From contig CATYVQ010000009.1 of the NCBI GenBank assembly GCA_958413895.1, forward strand, positions 7,804-71,803: DNA of 64,000 nucleotides. Direction: 5' to 3'. This stretch comes from an uncultured Collinsella sp. GTDB lineage: Bacteria > Actinomycetota > Coriobacteriia > Coriobacteriales > Coriobacteriaceae. Made by a program: the position numbers and the translations under genes. Below the pieces are notes generated by a model. It made no database searches. It was not told the DNA's origin and saw nothing but the letters and a program-made list of their open reading frames with translations. This document shows, piece by piece, positions 11,764-20,966 of this stretch; positions within the stretch are counted from its first letter, which is position 1, and the number at the start of each line of letters is the position of its first letter.

Positions 11764-12345
11764 TTGGCGCACATGAAGAAAATAATCGGGTGGACCGCGA
11801 TCGCTCTGTTCGCCGCAACGCTGGCGGGCATCTGGGTGCTGACGGAGCAAAACGCAGTGCAGACGTCGTTGCTGAGCGAGTCCACCGCGCGCGTGGTGGA
11901 GGGTCAGGCTGCGAGCGTTCAGGCTACCGGCATCACGGGTGAAACTCAGGCGGGGGACGGCATGACTGAGAGTACCAATCCGGCTGCCTCGACGGTCCAG
12001 CCTGGTCGACTTGCTTCCATTCGCATGTGGGTAGGCGCAAACGTCCGTCGCGTCGCCCATACCGTAGAGTTTTTCTTCGTCGGATTGTTCGCCTCGGTGA
12101 TCGTGGTCTGCTTTTCCAGGCGTCCATGGAGTGTGTGTTCCCGTTGCGTGCCTGTGTTTCTCTTTTGCGCTGCCTGCTCCGTTGGCGACCAGGTGCATAA
12201 GATCTTTGTTCCCGGCAGGCATTTCGACGTTATCGATTTAGGATTCGATGCTGCGGGCTATGTCACCGCCATGCTGTTGGTATTGCTGGCAGCGGCGTTG
12301 GTGCGCCATGCGACTCGGCCGATCGGCGCCCATGCGAGGCGCTAG
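11764..12345 (+). CDS. VanZ family membrane protein
   Basis: RRVAHTVEFF and DQVHKIFVPGRHFDVIDLGFD match the VanZ pattern; start 11764 (TTG) or 11773. Confidence 0.75.
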   Translation: MAHMKKIIGWTAIALFAATLAGIWVLTEQNAVQTSLLSESTARVVEGQAASVQATGITGETQAGDGMTESTNPAASTVQPGRLASIRMWVGANVRRVAHTVEFFFVGLFASVIVVCFSRRPWSVCSRCVPVFLFCAACSVGDQVHKIFVPGRHFDVIDLGFDAAGYVTAMLLVLLAAALVRHATRPIGAHARR

Positions 12346-12426
12346 CCGGTAACAAACCCGTTTCTGATAATGCGACCTCGTTGAATTATTTTGTGTCGCG
12401 CGTATTTCCGAGCGGTCGGATTTGAG

Positions 12427-12453
12427 GGGCGAGCGGTAGAACGCTCGCCCTTT
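12427..12453 (+). terminator. Terminator-like hairpin after the vanZ-like gene
   Basis: gggcgagcg-gtagaa-cgctcgccc-ttt. Confidence 0.55.
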
Positions 12454-12540
12454 GTGCGCCACGATGCGGCACAATGTACCGCAAAAGCTGTTTGTATCCG
12501 GTACGAATCGTTCGTTGGTCTTTAATTCTACTCAACGGAG

Positions 12541-13401
12541 GTGTTTGAGATGGCAAACGGATTGCTTTTGCGGCTTCGCGAGCGTGAGCTCAGCGCGAGC
12601 CCGGCGGAACGCAACGTCATCGCATATGTAAGCGCTCATCCGCACGAGGTGGTCGGGCTGTCCGTCCGCGGTCTTGCCGATGTCACGTTCTCCTCGCCCT
12701 CGAGCATTTTGCGCTTTTGCAAGCGTTTGGGTTTTGCGGGCTACAAGGAGTTCCAGCGCGAACTGATTGCCGAGCTGGCGCACTTAGGTGACAAGAAAGA
12801 CGTAGCTCTCGAGGACATCTCCATGGATGACAGCGTCGAACGTATCGTGGGGAAGGTGATGAAAAGCAACGTGCGCACGATCGAGGCGACGGCACGAACG
12901 CTCGATTACACCGTCTTGGAGCGATGCGCGGCCCGTCTTAAGCGGGCACGCGCGGTCAATCTGTTCGGTATTGGTGCTTCTCGTTTGGTCGCGCATGACC
13001 TGGCGCAAAAGCTCATGCGTGTCGACAAAGAGTGCCATCTGTACGACGACTGGCATGATCAGCTCTTATGTGCCAAGAACATGCATGAGGGCGATATGGC
13101 AATCGCCTTTAGTTACTCGGGCTTGACGCAAGAGGTGCTGGACTGCACCGCCGAGGCTCAACGCCACAACTGTCCCGTTGTGGCCGTTACCAAAGTAGAT
13201 GGATCATCCAAGCTTGCCACCATGGCCGATGCCGTGCTCGGCGTCGCTGCGAGTGAACCCTTGGTCCGCAGCGGTGCCATGGCTTCGCGTATGGCCCAGC
13301 TTATGGTTGTCGATGCCCTGTACGCTGCTTACGTTGCCAGCGACTACGAACGGGCGACGCATGTCATTAAACAAAACTACATCGAGAAACAGGAAAGATG
13401 A
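12541..13401 (+). CDS. murR: MurR/RpiR family transcriptional regulator
   Basis: HTH (SILRFCKRLGFAGY) plus SIS domain (GIGAS, SYSG); upstream of murQ; start 12541 or 12550. Confidence 0.88.
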   Translation: MFEMANGLLLRLRERELSASPAERNVIAYVSAHPHEVVGLSVRGLADVTFSSPSSILRFCKRLGFAGYKEFQRELIAELAHLGDKKDVALEDISMDDSVERIVGKVMKSNVRTIEATARTLDYTVLERCAARLKRARAVNLFGIGASRLVAHDLAQKLMRVDKECHLYDDWHDQLLCAKNMHEGDMAIAFSYSGLTQEVLDCTAEAQRHNCPVVAVTKVDGSSKLATMADAVLGVAASEPLVRSGAMASRMAQLMVVDALYAAYVASDYERATHVIKQNYIEKQER

Positions 13402-13411
13402 GGTGAATGAA

Positions 13412-14335
13412 ATGCTCGATTTAACAAAATTCACGACCGAACAGCGTAATCAAAGGTCAATGGACCTCGATACGATGACATCGCTGCAAATCGTCACGAC
13501 GATGAACGATGAGGATCTTCGTGCCGTCCAGTCGGTCACGAAAGTGTTGCCCCAGGTTGCCATGGCAATCGACTGGGCTGCTGAGACACTCGAGCGCGGC
13601 GGGCGCGTCTTTTACATGGGCGCAGGCACCAGCGGTCGTCTGGGCGTACTCGACGCTTCGGAGTGTCCGCCCACGTTTGGCGTGTCACCCGATCTGATTG
13701 TCGGGCTCATTGCCGGAGGCGAGACGGCGTTTATCAAGGCTGTCGAAGGTGCCGAAGACAGCGAGGAGCTTGGCGCGAGCGACCTGCGGGAGCGTGGACT
13801 CTCGGACAAGGATCTTGTCGTTGGCCTGGCGGCAAGCGGCCGTACTCCTTATGTGGTGGGCGGCCTTGCGTACGCCAAGGCAACTGGGTGCAAGACCATT
13901 GCAATTGCCTGCAACCAAGGGTCGAAGATCGGGGAGAGCGCAGATCTTGCCATTGAGCCCGTGCCCGGTCCCGAGGTGCTGACCGGCTCAACGAGGCTCA
14001 AGGCGGGAACGGTCCAGAAGCTCATTCTCAACATGATTTCGACCGGTGCCATGGTCAAGATTGGCAAGGTGTACCAAAACCTGATGGTCGATGTGCAGCA
14101 GACGAACGAGAAGTTGGTGGTGCGCGGCCAGAACATCGTGATGGAAGCGACCGACTGCACGCGCGAGCGCGCCGTTCAGGCGCTTGCGGATGCCGGCGGC
14201 CACGTAAAAACCGCTATTGTCTCGGTGCTGTTGGACTGCGATGCCGAGCAGGCTGCGGTAGCTCTTGAACGGGCGCACGGCCATGTCCGTACTGCGGTGA
14301 GTGGCCATGAGAAGAACAATGCCGATGTCCAATAG
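13412..14335 (+). CDS. murQ: N-acetylmuramic acid 6-phosphate etherase
   Basis: TEQRN, GAGTSGRLGVLDASECPPTFG, GSTRLKAGT. Confidence 0.96.
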   Translation: MLDLTKFTTEQRNQRSMDLDTMTSLQIVTTMNDEDLRAVQSVTKVLPQVAMAIDWAAETLERGGRVFYMGAGTSGRLGVLDASECPPTFGVSPDLIVGLIAGGETAFIKAVEGAEDSEELGASDLRERGLSDKDLVVGLAASGRTPYVVGGLAYAKATGCKTIAIACNQGSKIGESADLAIEPVPGPEVLTGSTRLKAGTVQKLILNMISTGAMVKIGKVYQNLMVDVQQTNEKLVVRGQNIVMEATDCTRERAVQALADAGGHVKTAIVSVLLDCDAEQAAVALERAHGHVRTAVSGHEKNNADVQ

Positions 14336-14392
14336 GTGCACGGCGTGAGCTGATATGACATCTAGACGAGATACCCAATACAAGGAGGAGTT

Positions 14393-15823
14393 ATGACGAA
14401 CAAAGAGCTGGCTCAAAGGCTGCTGGACCTTTTGGGCGGTAAAGACAACGTGCTCGCAAACGCGGCGTGCATGACGCGCCTGCGCGTGACCGTCAAAGAC
14501 ACGGGCAACGTCGACACGGAGGGTATTAAGGCGCTCGACGGCGTGATGGGCCTGGTCGAGGACGACACGATGCAGATCGTGCTGGGTCCGGGCAAGGTGA
14601 ATAAGGTGCTCGAGGAGTTCTCCAAGCTCACCGGCCTTGCGAAAGGCGTTGCTGACGAGAGCGTGGTTGACGCTGCGGCCACAAACAAGGCCGCGCAGAA
14701 GGCCAAGTACGAGTCCAAGCCGGTTCAGGCCTTCCTCAAGAAGATTTCCAATGTCTTCGTCGCCCTGCTTCCCGGCATCATTGCGGCTGGCCTCATCAAC
14801 GGTATCTGCAACGTCATTAACGTCTCGACGGCAGGCGCGCTTGCAGGCGAGTGGTGGTACCAGGGCATTCGTTCCATGGGCTGGGCCCTGTTTGCCTATC
14901 TGCCCATCTTGGTGGGCTATAACGCGGCACGTGAGTTTGGTGGCTCCGCTGCGCTGGGCGGCATCGCCGGCATGATGTGTATCGCCAACAGTGCCATGCC
15001 TCTGCTTGCGCCTGGCGCGGCTGATCCTGCCACTGCCATTCTGCTGCCGCTCACCAGTGCGCAGTACAACCCCGCAGCGGGCGGCATGATCGCGGCTCTC
15101 ATCGCTGGCGCATTTTTTGCCTGGATGGAGCGTCAGATTCGCAAGGTTATGCCCAACGCACTCGACACGTTCTTGTCCCCGCTGCTGGTGCTCATCATCG
15201 GCGCCTTTGCTCTGATGCTCGTCATCCAGCCGGTTGGCGCATGGCTGACGACTGCCATCTTTAGCGTTTTGACCTTTATCTTCGAGAAGCTGGGCGTCCT
15301 GGGCGGCTATATCCTGTCGGCAGGCTTCTTGCCGCTGGTGTCCGTCGGCCTGCATCAGGCGCTCACGCCGATCCACGCTATGCTCAACGATCCCGACGGC
15401 GCTACCAAGGGTATCAATTACCTGCTTCCCATCCTTATGATGGCTGGCGGCGGCCAGGTCGGTGCCGGTTTGGCGCTGTACTTTAAGACCAAGAACGCCA
15501 AGCTCAAGAAGTACGTCGCAGAGTCCATTCCCGTTGGAATCCTGGGTGTGGGCGAGCCTCTGATGTATGCTGTTACGCTGCCGCTCGTTCGTCCGTTTGT
15601 GACGGCCTGCCTGGGTGCCGGATTTGGCGGCGCGCTCGCGGCGCTGCTTCACATCGGCACGGTTTCTCAGGGCGTTTCCGGTCTGTTTGGCCTGCTGATC
15701 GTCGTTCCTGGCCAGCAGCTCGGCTACGTTGCCGCTATGCTGCTTGCCTATGCCGCCGGCTTTGTCCTGACGTGGTTTTTCGGTGTCGACGAGCAGAAGA
15801 TCAACGAGTTCTTTGGCGAGTAG
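14393..15823 (+). CDS. murP: PTS EIIBC, MurNAc-type (MurP-like)
   Basis: EIIB motif CMTRLR; multi-TM EIIC with GLHQ and GVGEPLMY; mur operon context. Confidence 0.85.
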   Translation: MTNKELAQRLLDLLGGKDNVLANAACMTRLRVTVKDTGNVDTEGIKALDGVMGLVEDDTMQIVLGPGKVNKVLEEFSKLTGLAKGVADESVVDAAATNKAAQKAKYESKPVQAFLKKISNVFVALLPGIIAAGLINGICNVINVSTAGALAGEWWYQGIRSMGWALFAYLPILVGYNAAREFGGSAALGGIAGMMCIANSAMPLLAPGAADPATAILLPLTSAQYNPAAGGMIAALIAGAFFAWMERQIRKVMPNALDTFLSPLLVLIIGAFALMLVIQPVGAWLTTAIFSVLTFIFEKLGVLGGYILSAGFLPLVSVGLHQALTPIHAMLNDPDGATKGINYLLPILMMAGGGQVGAGLALYFKTKNAKLKKYVAESIPVGILGVGEPLMYAVTLPLVRPFVTACLGAGFGGALAALLHIGTVSQGVSGLFGLLIVVPGQQLGYVAAMLLAYAAGFVLTWFFGVDEQKINEFFGE

Positions 15824-15890
15824 TTTGATATCGCGAGCCGTGTTGCTCGGGGCTCGCGGTGCGCGGCAGATTTCTTGATGCTATGGTTGT

Positions 15891-15924
15891 GCCGGCGGGG
15901 CTAACTGCTCCGCCGGCCTTTTTT
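15891..15924 (+). terminator. Terminator between murP and mupG
   Basis: gccggcgggg-ctaactg-ctccgccggc-c followed by T6. Confidence 0.65.
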
Positions 15925-15940
15925 AAAGGAGCGTTGAAGC

Positions 15941-16993
15941 GTGAAAACGGGTATTTCGATTTATCTTTCCAGCCCTCTGCAGGATATTGAGCGGACGATT
16001 GAGCGTGGTGCCGAGGCGGGTGCGCGCTATGCGTTTACCTCACTGCATATTCCCGAGGATGGGGGAGCGGCGTATGCAGATAAAGTCCGTCATGTGCTGT
16101 CGCTGCTTTCCGCCCGCGGCATTGCGCTCATTGCCGATGTGGGGCCGCGTACGTGCGATTTGCTCGGGCTTGAGCGCATTGAGGACCTGCGCGATCTGGG
16201 GTTGGAATACCTTCGTTTGGACTATGGCTTTAGCGCCCAGCGGGTCGCGGAGCTGTCCGGTGTATTTCGCATTGTGGTCAATGCATCGACGGTGAGTTCT
16301 GATGAAATCGCATCGTGGCGTGAGGCCGGTGCCGATGTGACTCGTTTTGCCGCCTGCCACAATTTTTACCCCAAGCCTTATACCGGTTTAGCTCTGGAGG
16401 ACATTGCTCGGGTGAATCTTCGTCTTGCGGCGCTTGGATTCGAAATCATGGCTTTTGTGCCGGGTGATGCTAACGTTCGCGGGCCGGTATTCGAGGGACT
16501 GCCGACGGTCGAGGCGCAGCGCGGTCGCGCGTCAAAGGTTGCCCTCAATATGCTTGAGCTTGCACATGGCGCCGATTGCGACATTGTGTTGGTCGGCGAC
16601 CCCGATCTTTCCGATGCGGGCTGGGCGCAGTTTGCTCAAGTTTCCGCCGGATACGTGGACCTGCAATGCGAGCTTGAGCTCAGTTATGCCTATGTGCGCG
16701 GGCAGATTCATCACGACCGACCCGACTCGAGCGTCCTCATCTTTAGGTCTCAGGAGTCACGTACGACGCTTAAGCCGGATTCCGTGCCGACGGATGCCGG
16801 AGCCGGCCTGCCGCGAAAGGCGGGGTCGATCGCTGTGAGCAATAGCGGATATGGGCGCTACGAAGGCGAGCTTGAGATTGCGCGGGTCGATCTTCCCGGT
16901 GACGAGCGCATGAACGTTGCGGGCCATATCACGCCCGAGGCAATGGAACTGCTGCCGTTCATCAAACGCGGATTCGGGGTACGGTTCGTTTAA
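15941..16993 (+). CDS. mupG: MupG/DUF871 family 6-phospho-N-acetylmuramidase
   Basis: FTSLHIPE, LRLDYG, NAST, CHNFYPKPYTGL, GLPTVE, RYEGELEI. Confidence 0.88.
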   Translation: MKTGISIYLSSPLQDIERTIERGAEAGARYAFTSLHIPEDGGAAYADKVRHVLSLLSARGIALIADVGPRTCDLLGLERIEDLRDLGLEYLRLDYGFSAQRVAELSGVFRIVVNASTVSSDEIASWREAGADVTRFAACHNFYPKPYTGLALEDIARVNLRLAALGFEIMAFVPGDANVRGPVFEGLPTVEAQRGRASKVALNMLELAHGADCDIVLVGDPDLSDAGWAQFAQVSAGYVDLQCELELSYAYVRGQIHHDRPDSSVLIFRSQESRTTLKPDSVPTDAGAGLPRKAGSIAVSNSGYGRYEGELEIARVDLPGDERMNVAGHITPEAMELLPFIKRGFGVRFV

Positions 16994-17085
16994 CGTGTGA
17001 CCCGCGGGCTACAATTGGCCCATCATACGAAGGCGCCTCGTGTGGCGTGTGCCTGCGTTGGCCGATCTATTTTCGGAGGATTCCC

Positions 17086-17445
17086 ATGACCGTACTGTTT
17101 GTTGAATATTCCAAGTGCTCGACCTGTAAGAAGGCCAAGGCATGGCTGGACGAACATGGGGTAGAGTACATCGACCGCGATATCGTTTTGGACAATCCCA
17201 CGGCTGATGAGCTTGCGACCTGGATTGCTCGTTCGGGGCTGCCGGTGCGGCGCTTCTTTAATTCGTCGGGCATGAAATATCGAGAGCTGGGCCTGAAGGC
17301 GCGTCTGGATGCGGGCATGACGGATCGGGAGTGCTACGAGCTGCTGGCGACCGACGGCATGCTGGTCAAGCGTCCGCTGCTGGTGGGCGACGACTTTGTG
17401 ATTCCAGGCTTTAGGGAATCGGCTTGGGCCGAGGCGTTGCTGTAG
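17086..17445 (+). CDS. ArsC/Spx family thioredoxin-fold protein
   Basis: CSTCKKA, FFNSSGMKY, GMLVKRP; GGAGG RBS. Confidence 0.88.
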   Translation: MTVLFVEYSKCSTCKKAKAWLDEHGVEYIDRDIVLDNPTADELATWIARSGLPVRRFFNSSGMKYRELGLKARLDAGMTDRECYELLATDGMLVKRPLLVGDDFVIPGFRESAWAEALL

Positions 17446-17493
17446 CGGCTGCGGAAAGTGCGACCCGTTTTGAGTGCTCAGGGTGGGACGTGT

Positions 17494-17549
17494 TTTCCAT
17501 CGGCTGGCTCGCTCGGCTCAATTTCCATCGGCGGGCTCGCTCGGCTCAA
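17494..17549. repeat. 28-bp tandem duplication
   Basis: tttccatcggc(t/g)ggctcgctcggctcaa twice, one mismatch. Confidence 0.85.
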
Positions 17550-17956
17550 TCCTCGAGCTGTGCCCATTCGTGCGGATCGTAGACCTTTACGTGTTTGTTG
17601 GGCTTGCCGCTCCAGTACTCCTCGTCCATAAAGGGCAGATATGCCTGAACGCCGGGGCAGATAAAGGGAATCCGCTGCTGTTGCAGTCGCTCGCGCTGGC
17701 GCTGCTCCAGGTGCGTCTCGGATATGACGGTCGGCATACCGGACAACTCGACGAGGCTTGCCTGGATTCGCTTAAGGTCGGGGAGTCCCGCGTGCCATGA
17801 CATCCGCATGATCAAAAAGGATGCACGGCGGTATTTTGCCTGCACCACAGTAATGGCGGGGCGCAGTGTGGGATGGATTTTGTCCCGTTCGGGCCAAAGG
17901 TCGGCAGTGATCTCGAGGCCCAGGGTCTCCCATAGGTAATCAAGCTCTTCGTCCAT
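17546..17956 (-). CDS. Hypothetical protein, possibly the N-terminal half of a MarR/AbiEi-like regulator
   Basis: GAGG RBS, ATG; motif QRERLQQQRIPFICPGVQAYLPF recalled from longer regulator-like proteins. Confidence 0.55.
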   Translation of the reverse strand: MDEELDYLWETLGLEITADLWPERDKIHPTLRPAITVVQAKYRRASFLIMRMSWHAGLPDLKRIQASLVELSGMPTVISETHLEQRQRERLQQQRIPFICPGVQAYLPFMDEEYWSGKPNKHVKVYDPHEWAQLED

Positions 17957-18159
17957 GGCGCCTCGATATCTACGTGATCATTGATACTTCGATTGTGTTG
18001 CCTGGTGCTATCGTTTTCGCGGTAGAATCTGCCAACGGTTGACGGCTACCGCTCGCGGCGTTTTGCCCTTCGTGTACAGCGGTTGGCTTCACAGGTCCTT
18101 CACGGGTTGGACTAAATTAGGCCAATTTGACTGAATTTCAAAAAAGTCAAAATTGGGGC

Positions 18160-18188
18160 TTGCGTCACGGCGAGACTTCCCGTATATT
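18160..18188 (+). promoter_or_regulatory. Sigma70-type promoter of the tRNA pair
   Basis: TTGCGT-17 nt-TATATT with an AT-rich upstream element. Confidence 0.7.
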
Positions 18189-18232
18189 TCTTTCTTGCGC
18201 AAAGGCACAGCCGAGCGCAGCGATGCAGTCAT

Positions 18233-18306
18233 TGGGATGTCGTCTAATGGCAGGACAGCGGATTCTGGTTCCGTCAATGGGGGTTCGACTCCCTCCATCC
18301 CAGCCA
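18233..18306 (+). tRNA. tRNA-Gln (anticodon CTG)
   Basis: Acceptor stem tgggatg/catccca, anticodon loop ttCTGgt, GTTCGA T-loop, encoded CCA. Confidence 0.96.
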
Positions 18307-18323
18307 TTGCATTTGCTACATAT

Positions 18324-18400
18324 GGCCCGTTCGTCTAGCGGTTTAGGACGCCGCCCTCTCAAGGCGGAGATCACCAGTTCGAATCTGGTACGGGCTACCA
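18324..18400 (+). tRNA. tRNA-Glu (anticodon CTC)
   Basis: ggcccgt/acgggct stem, ccgcc-ctCTCaa-ggcgg, GTTCGAAT, encoded CCA. Confidence 0.96.
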
Positions 18401-18410
18401 AAATTGAACG

Positions 18411-18438
18411 CCCGGGCCTCGTAAGAGACCCGGGTTTT
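18411..18438 (+). terminator. Terminator after the tRNAs
   Basis: cccggg...cccggg hairpin followed by TTTT. Confidence 0.7.
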
Positions 18439-18494
18439 GTGTATTAACCGTATATACGGCGCCTGCCGTGTTTCGCTCAGATCGAGGAGTAGCC

Positions 18495-19412
18495 ATGGAT
18501 CTGCCCATCAGCTTGCAAGACATCACGTATGCCGAGAACTATCTGGCGCAGGGCGACCTGGCTACGGCGACGCCGCTGCTGGAGCGTCTGGTGGAGCTCG
18601 CCGAGGAGTATATCGACGCTGAGTGCAAGACGGAGGAGAAGCGTCAATACTTTAGCTTCGATAGCAAGTTTGAGCGCTTGGCCTATCGCCGCGTGGAGAA
18701 GGATCCGCGCGAGCTCGTGCAGGTCGAGGTACCGTTTGACCGCCTGTACTCTGACATGGCGTTTGCCTACATTCGCCAGCAGGATTATGTGAGTGCTCGC
18801 AACGCCTTGATGCAGGCCGTGCGCTGGGACCCCATGAACTGCAACTACCGCCTGGATCTGGCCGAGCTGTTCCGCGCTCTCGAGGACAAGCAGGAATGGG
18901 CATCGCTCTCGTTCTCGGTGCTGGAGCGTGCAAGCGATGGCAAGTGCGCCGCCCGCGCTTACGCCAATCTAGGTCAGTACTTCTTGGAGCCCGAGACCGA
19001 GAACGTTTCGGCTGCCGTGGGCTGCGCGCGTCTGGCGCTGCGCCTGGCGCCCAACGATGCGCATACGACGCGCCTGCTCAACAAGATCCATACCACCTAT
19101 CCGGATGCCGCCGATGAGAGCGACGACCACGTGATGGGTGAACTGGCCCTGCAAGGCGTGCCGACCTCGCCTTCGGCCGAGATTGCCATCTGCCTGATTA
19201 TGTGCGCGACCGATGCTGCAAGCGACGGCGACAAGCAGGAGGCGACGCGCCTGACGGTACGTGCTCGCGACTTGGTGGGCGAGGAGGCCTGCGCGGCGAT
19301 TATCAAACTGGTGCGCGAGAGCGATGCCGAGCTCAATGCCGAGCGCAAGGCAAAGCGCGAGGCTGCGGGCTCAAACGCCGATGGCGCCAAGGAGGCCGGC
19401 GATGCCCAGTAA
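18495..19412 (+). CDS. TPR-like helical repeat protein
   Basis: GAGGAG RBS; TPR-like helices (ARNALMQAVRWDPMN, AYANLGQYF); overlaps smpB. Confidence 0.7.
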   Translation: MDLPISLQDITYAENYLAQGDLATATPLLERLVELAEEYIDAECKTEEKRQYFSFDSKFERLAYRRVEKDPRELVQVEVPFDRLYSDMAFAYIRQQDYVSARNALMQAVRWDPMNCNYRLDLAELFRALEDKQEWASLSFSVLERASDGKCAARAYANLGQYFLEPETENVSAAVGCARLALRLAPNDAHTTRLLNKIHTTYPDAADESDDHVMGELALQGVPTSPSAEIAICLIMCATDAASDGDKQEATRLTVRARDLVGEEACAAIIKLVRESDAELNAERKAKREAAGSNADGAKEAGDAQ

Positions 19413-19872
19413 GCGCGAGCGCAAACTCATTTCCAAGAATCGCTCGGCACATCACGAGTACTTTATCGATGAGACGTTTGAGTGCGGTATTGAGCTGAGT
19501 GGCACCGAGGTCAAGTCGATTCGCGAGCGCGCCTGCCAGATCACCGATACCTTCGCGCTGATCCGCGGCGGGGAGTGCTGGCTCGTCGGCCTGCATATCC
19601 ACCCTTATAGCCATGGTGGCGTGTGGAATCGCGATCCTGACCGTCGGCGTCGTCTGCTGCTGCACCGCAAGGAGATCGACTTTCTTGACGGCAAACTTCG
19701 CAACCGTGGTTATGCGCTGGTTCCGTTGGAGCTCTACTTTAATACCGACGGCCGCGTAAAGCTGCTGCTGGGTCTGGGTCGCGGCAAGAAGCTCTACGAC
19801 AAGCGCGAGGACATGGCCAAGCGTGATGTCCAACGCGAGATCGACCGCGCCCTTAAGGAACGCAACCGCTAG
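19402..19872 (+). CDS. smpB: SsrA-binding protein SmpB
   Basis: NRSAHHEY, ECGIELSGTEVKSIR, RLLLHRKEI, GKKLYDKR. Confidence 0.96.
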   Translation: MPSKRERKLISKNRSAHHEYFIDETFECGIELSGTEVKSIRERACQITDTFALIRGGECWLVGLHIHPYSHGGVWNRDPDRRRRLLLHRKEIDFLDGKLRNRGYALVPLELYFNTDGRVKLLLGLGRGKKLYDKREDMAKRDVQREIDRALKERNR

Positions 19873-19884
19873 GCACTCTGTATA

Positions 19885-19950
19885 AGTTGCGGTGGAATAC
19901 GGACTGTTTTCCTGTTTGAGGGGCTATTCAGTCCCTATTTCACCGCAACT
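19885..19950. repeat. Family B inverted repeat, copy 2 (22-nt spacer)
   Basis: agttgcggtggaatacggactg ... cagtccctatttcaccgcaact. Confidence 0.9.
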
Positions 19951-19992
19951 GCGGGCGTCTCATCTTTCTTACTGTTCTGACACATATGTCTC

Positions 19993-20026
19993 AAAGGCGG
20001 CGTCCGTTATGGGTGCCGCCTTTTTT
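19993..20026 (+). terminator. Terminator after smpB
   Basis: aaaggcggcgtcc-gttat-gggtgccgcc followed by T6. Confidence 0.7.
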
Positions 20027-20077
20027 GTGGGTACATACATTCATGAGGTTCCAACCCGAGCTAGGGGAGTGATCGTT

Positions 20078-20581
20078 ATGGACAAAACTGCGTTCTTTAC
20101 CATGCCGAGCGGTCTGTACGTGGTGAGCGCTGCGGCAGACGGGCTGCGCGCCGGCTGCGTCATCAATACTGCGGTGCAGGTGACGTCCATGCCGCCGCGT
20201 ATTTCGGTTGCCGTGAACAAGGACAATGTCACCTCGGGCGTCATCGCATCGGCCAAAGCGTTCGCGCTGACCGTGATCGGTCAGACCGCCGACATGCTCT
20301 ACATCGGTAACTTTGGGTTCCGCACCAGCAGCGATTATGACAAGTTTGCCAAATACGAGACCCGCGAGACGGCTCTGGGCATGCCCTATGTGCCCGAGCA
20401 CGCGGCGGCCCTGTTTAGCTGCCGTTTGATCGACACTGTGGATGTGGGAACGCATCTGCTGTTTATTGGCGAGGTCGAGGATGCCGAGCGCCTGAGCGAC
20501 GAGACGCCGCTGACGTACGACTACTATCACAAGGTGCTAAAGGGCAAGACGCCGCCCAAAGCCTCGTCGTATCAAGGCTAG
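20078..20581 (+). CDS. Flavin reductase-like protein (Hrb N-terminal-type domain)
   Basis: GLYVV, GCVINTAVQVT, DVGTHLLFIGEV, LTYDYYHKVLKGKTP. Confidence 0.88.
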   Translation: MDKTAFFTMPSGLYVVSAAADGLRAGCVINTAVQVTSMPPRISVAVNKDNVTSGVIASAKAFALTVIGQTADMLYIGNFGFRTSSDYDKFAKYETRETALGMPYVPEHAAALFSCRLIDTVDVGTHLLFIGEVEDAERLSDETPLTYDYYHKVLKGKTPPKASSYQG

Positions 20582-20598
20582 AAATGTTCTAAAAATAC

Positions 20599-20630
20599 TT
20601 GCATTATACTATTGAGAATATATACTAATA
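20599..20630 (+). promoter_or_regulatory. Promoter of the rubredoxin gene with an AT-rich PerR/Fur-like box
   Basis: TTGCAT-16 nt-TATACT; overlapping ttatactattgagaa. Confidence 0.5.
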
Positions 20631-20669
20631 AGTAAGTACACCAGCAGTCACGTTCGAGAGGAGAACATC

Positions 20670-20813
20670 ATGGCTGAGGAGAAGAAGACGTATAAGTTTG
20701 TGTGCACCGTTTGCGGTTACGAGGTTGAGGTCGACACGCCCGAGCTGCCCGAGGATTACGTGTGCCCGGTGTGCGGCGTCGGCCCCGATGAGTTTGAGCT
20801 CGTCGAGGAGTAA
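20670..20813 (+). CDS. Rubredoxin (47 aa; below the ORF-track cutoff)
   Basis: [56 protein letters not shown] with two CxxCG motifs. Confidence 0.93.
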   Translation: MAEEKKTYKFVCTVCGYEVEVDTPELPEDYVCPVCGVGPDEFELVEE

Positions 20814-20853
20814 CTCGTAGACACACGGCGATTAGCCATACAGAGCTCTGTCC

Positions 20854-20890
20854 AAGGGTCCCGGCTGGATATTCCGGCTGGGACCCTTTT
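20854..20890 (+). terminator. Terminator after the rubredoxin gene
   Basis: aagggtcccggctgga-tat-tccggctgggaccc followed by TTTT. Confidence 0.75.
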
Positions 20891-20966
20891 GATTTATCTG
20901 ACGGTTTAAAACGGCCTTACGTGTTACAGATTGAGACGTTATATCTGGACAGCCACGCTATCCCAA

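Noticed and set aside
18233..18400. Prophage or ICE integrated at the tRNA genes
   Set aside because: No tyrosine integrase, no duplicated tRNA 3' end and no phage genes were seen in the window.
19873..20077. tmRNA (ssrA) next to smpB
   Set aside because: The gap is about 200 nt and is occupied by a family-B repeat and a terminator; no tRNA-Ala-like ends are present.
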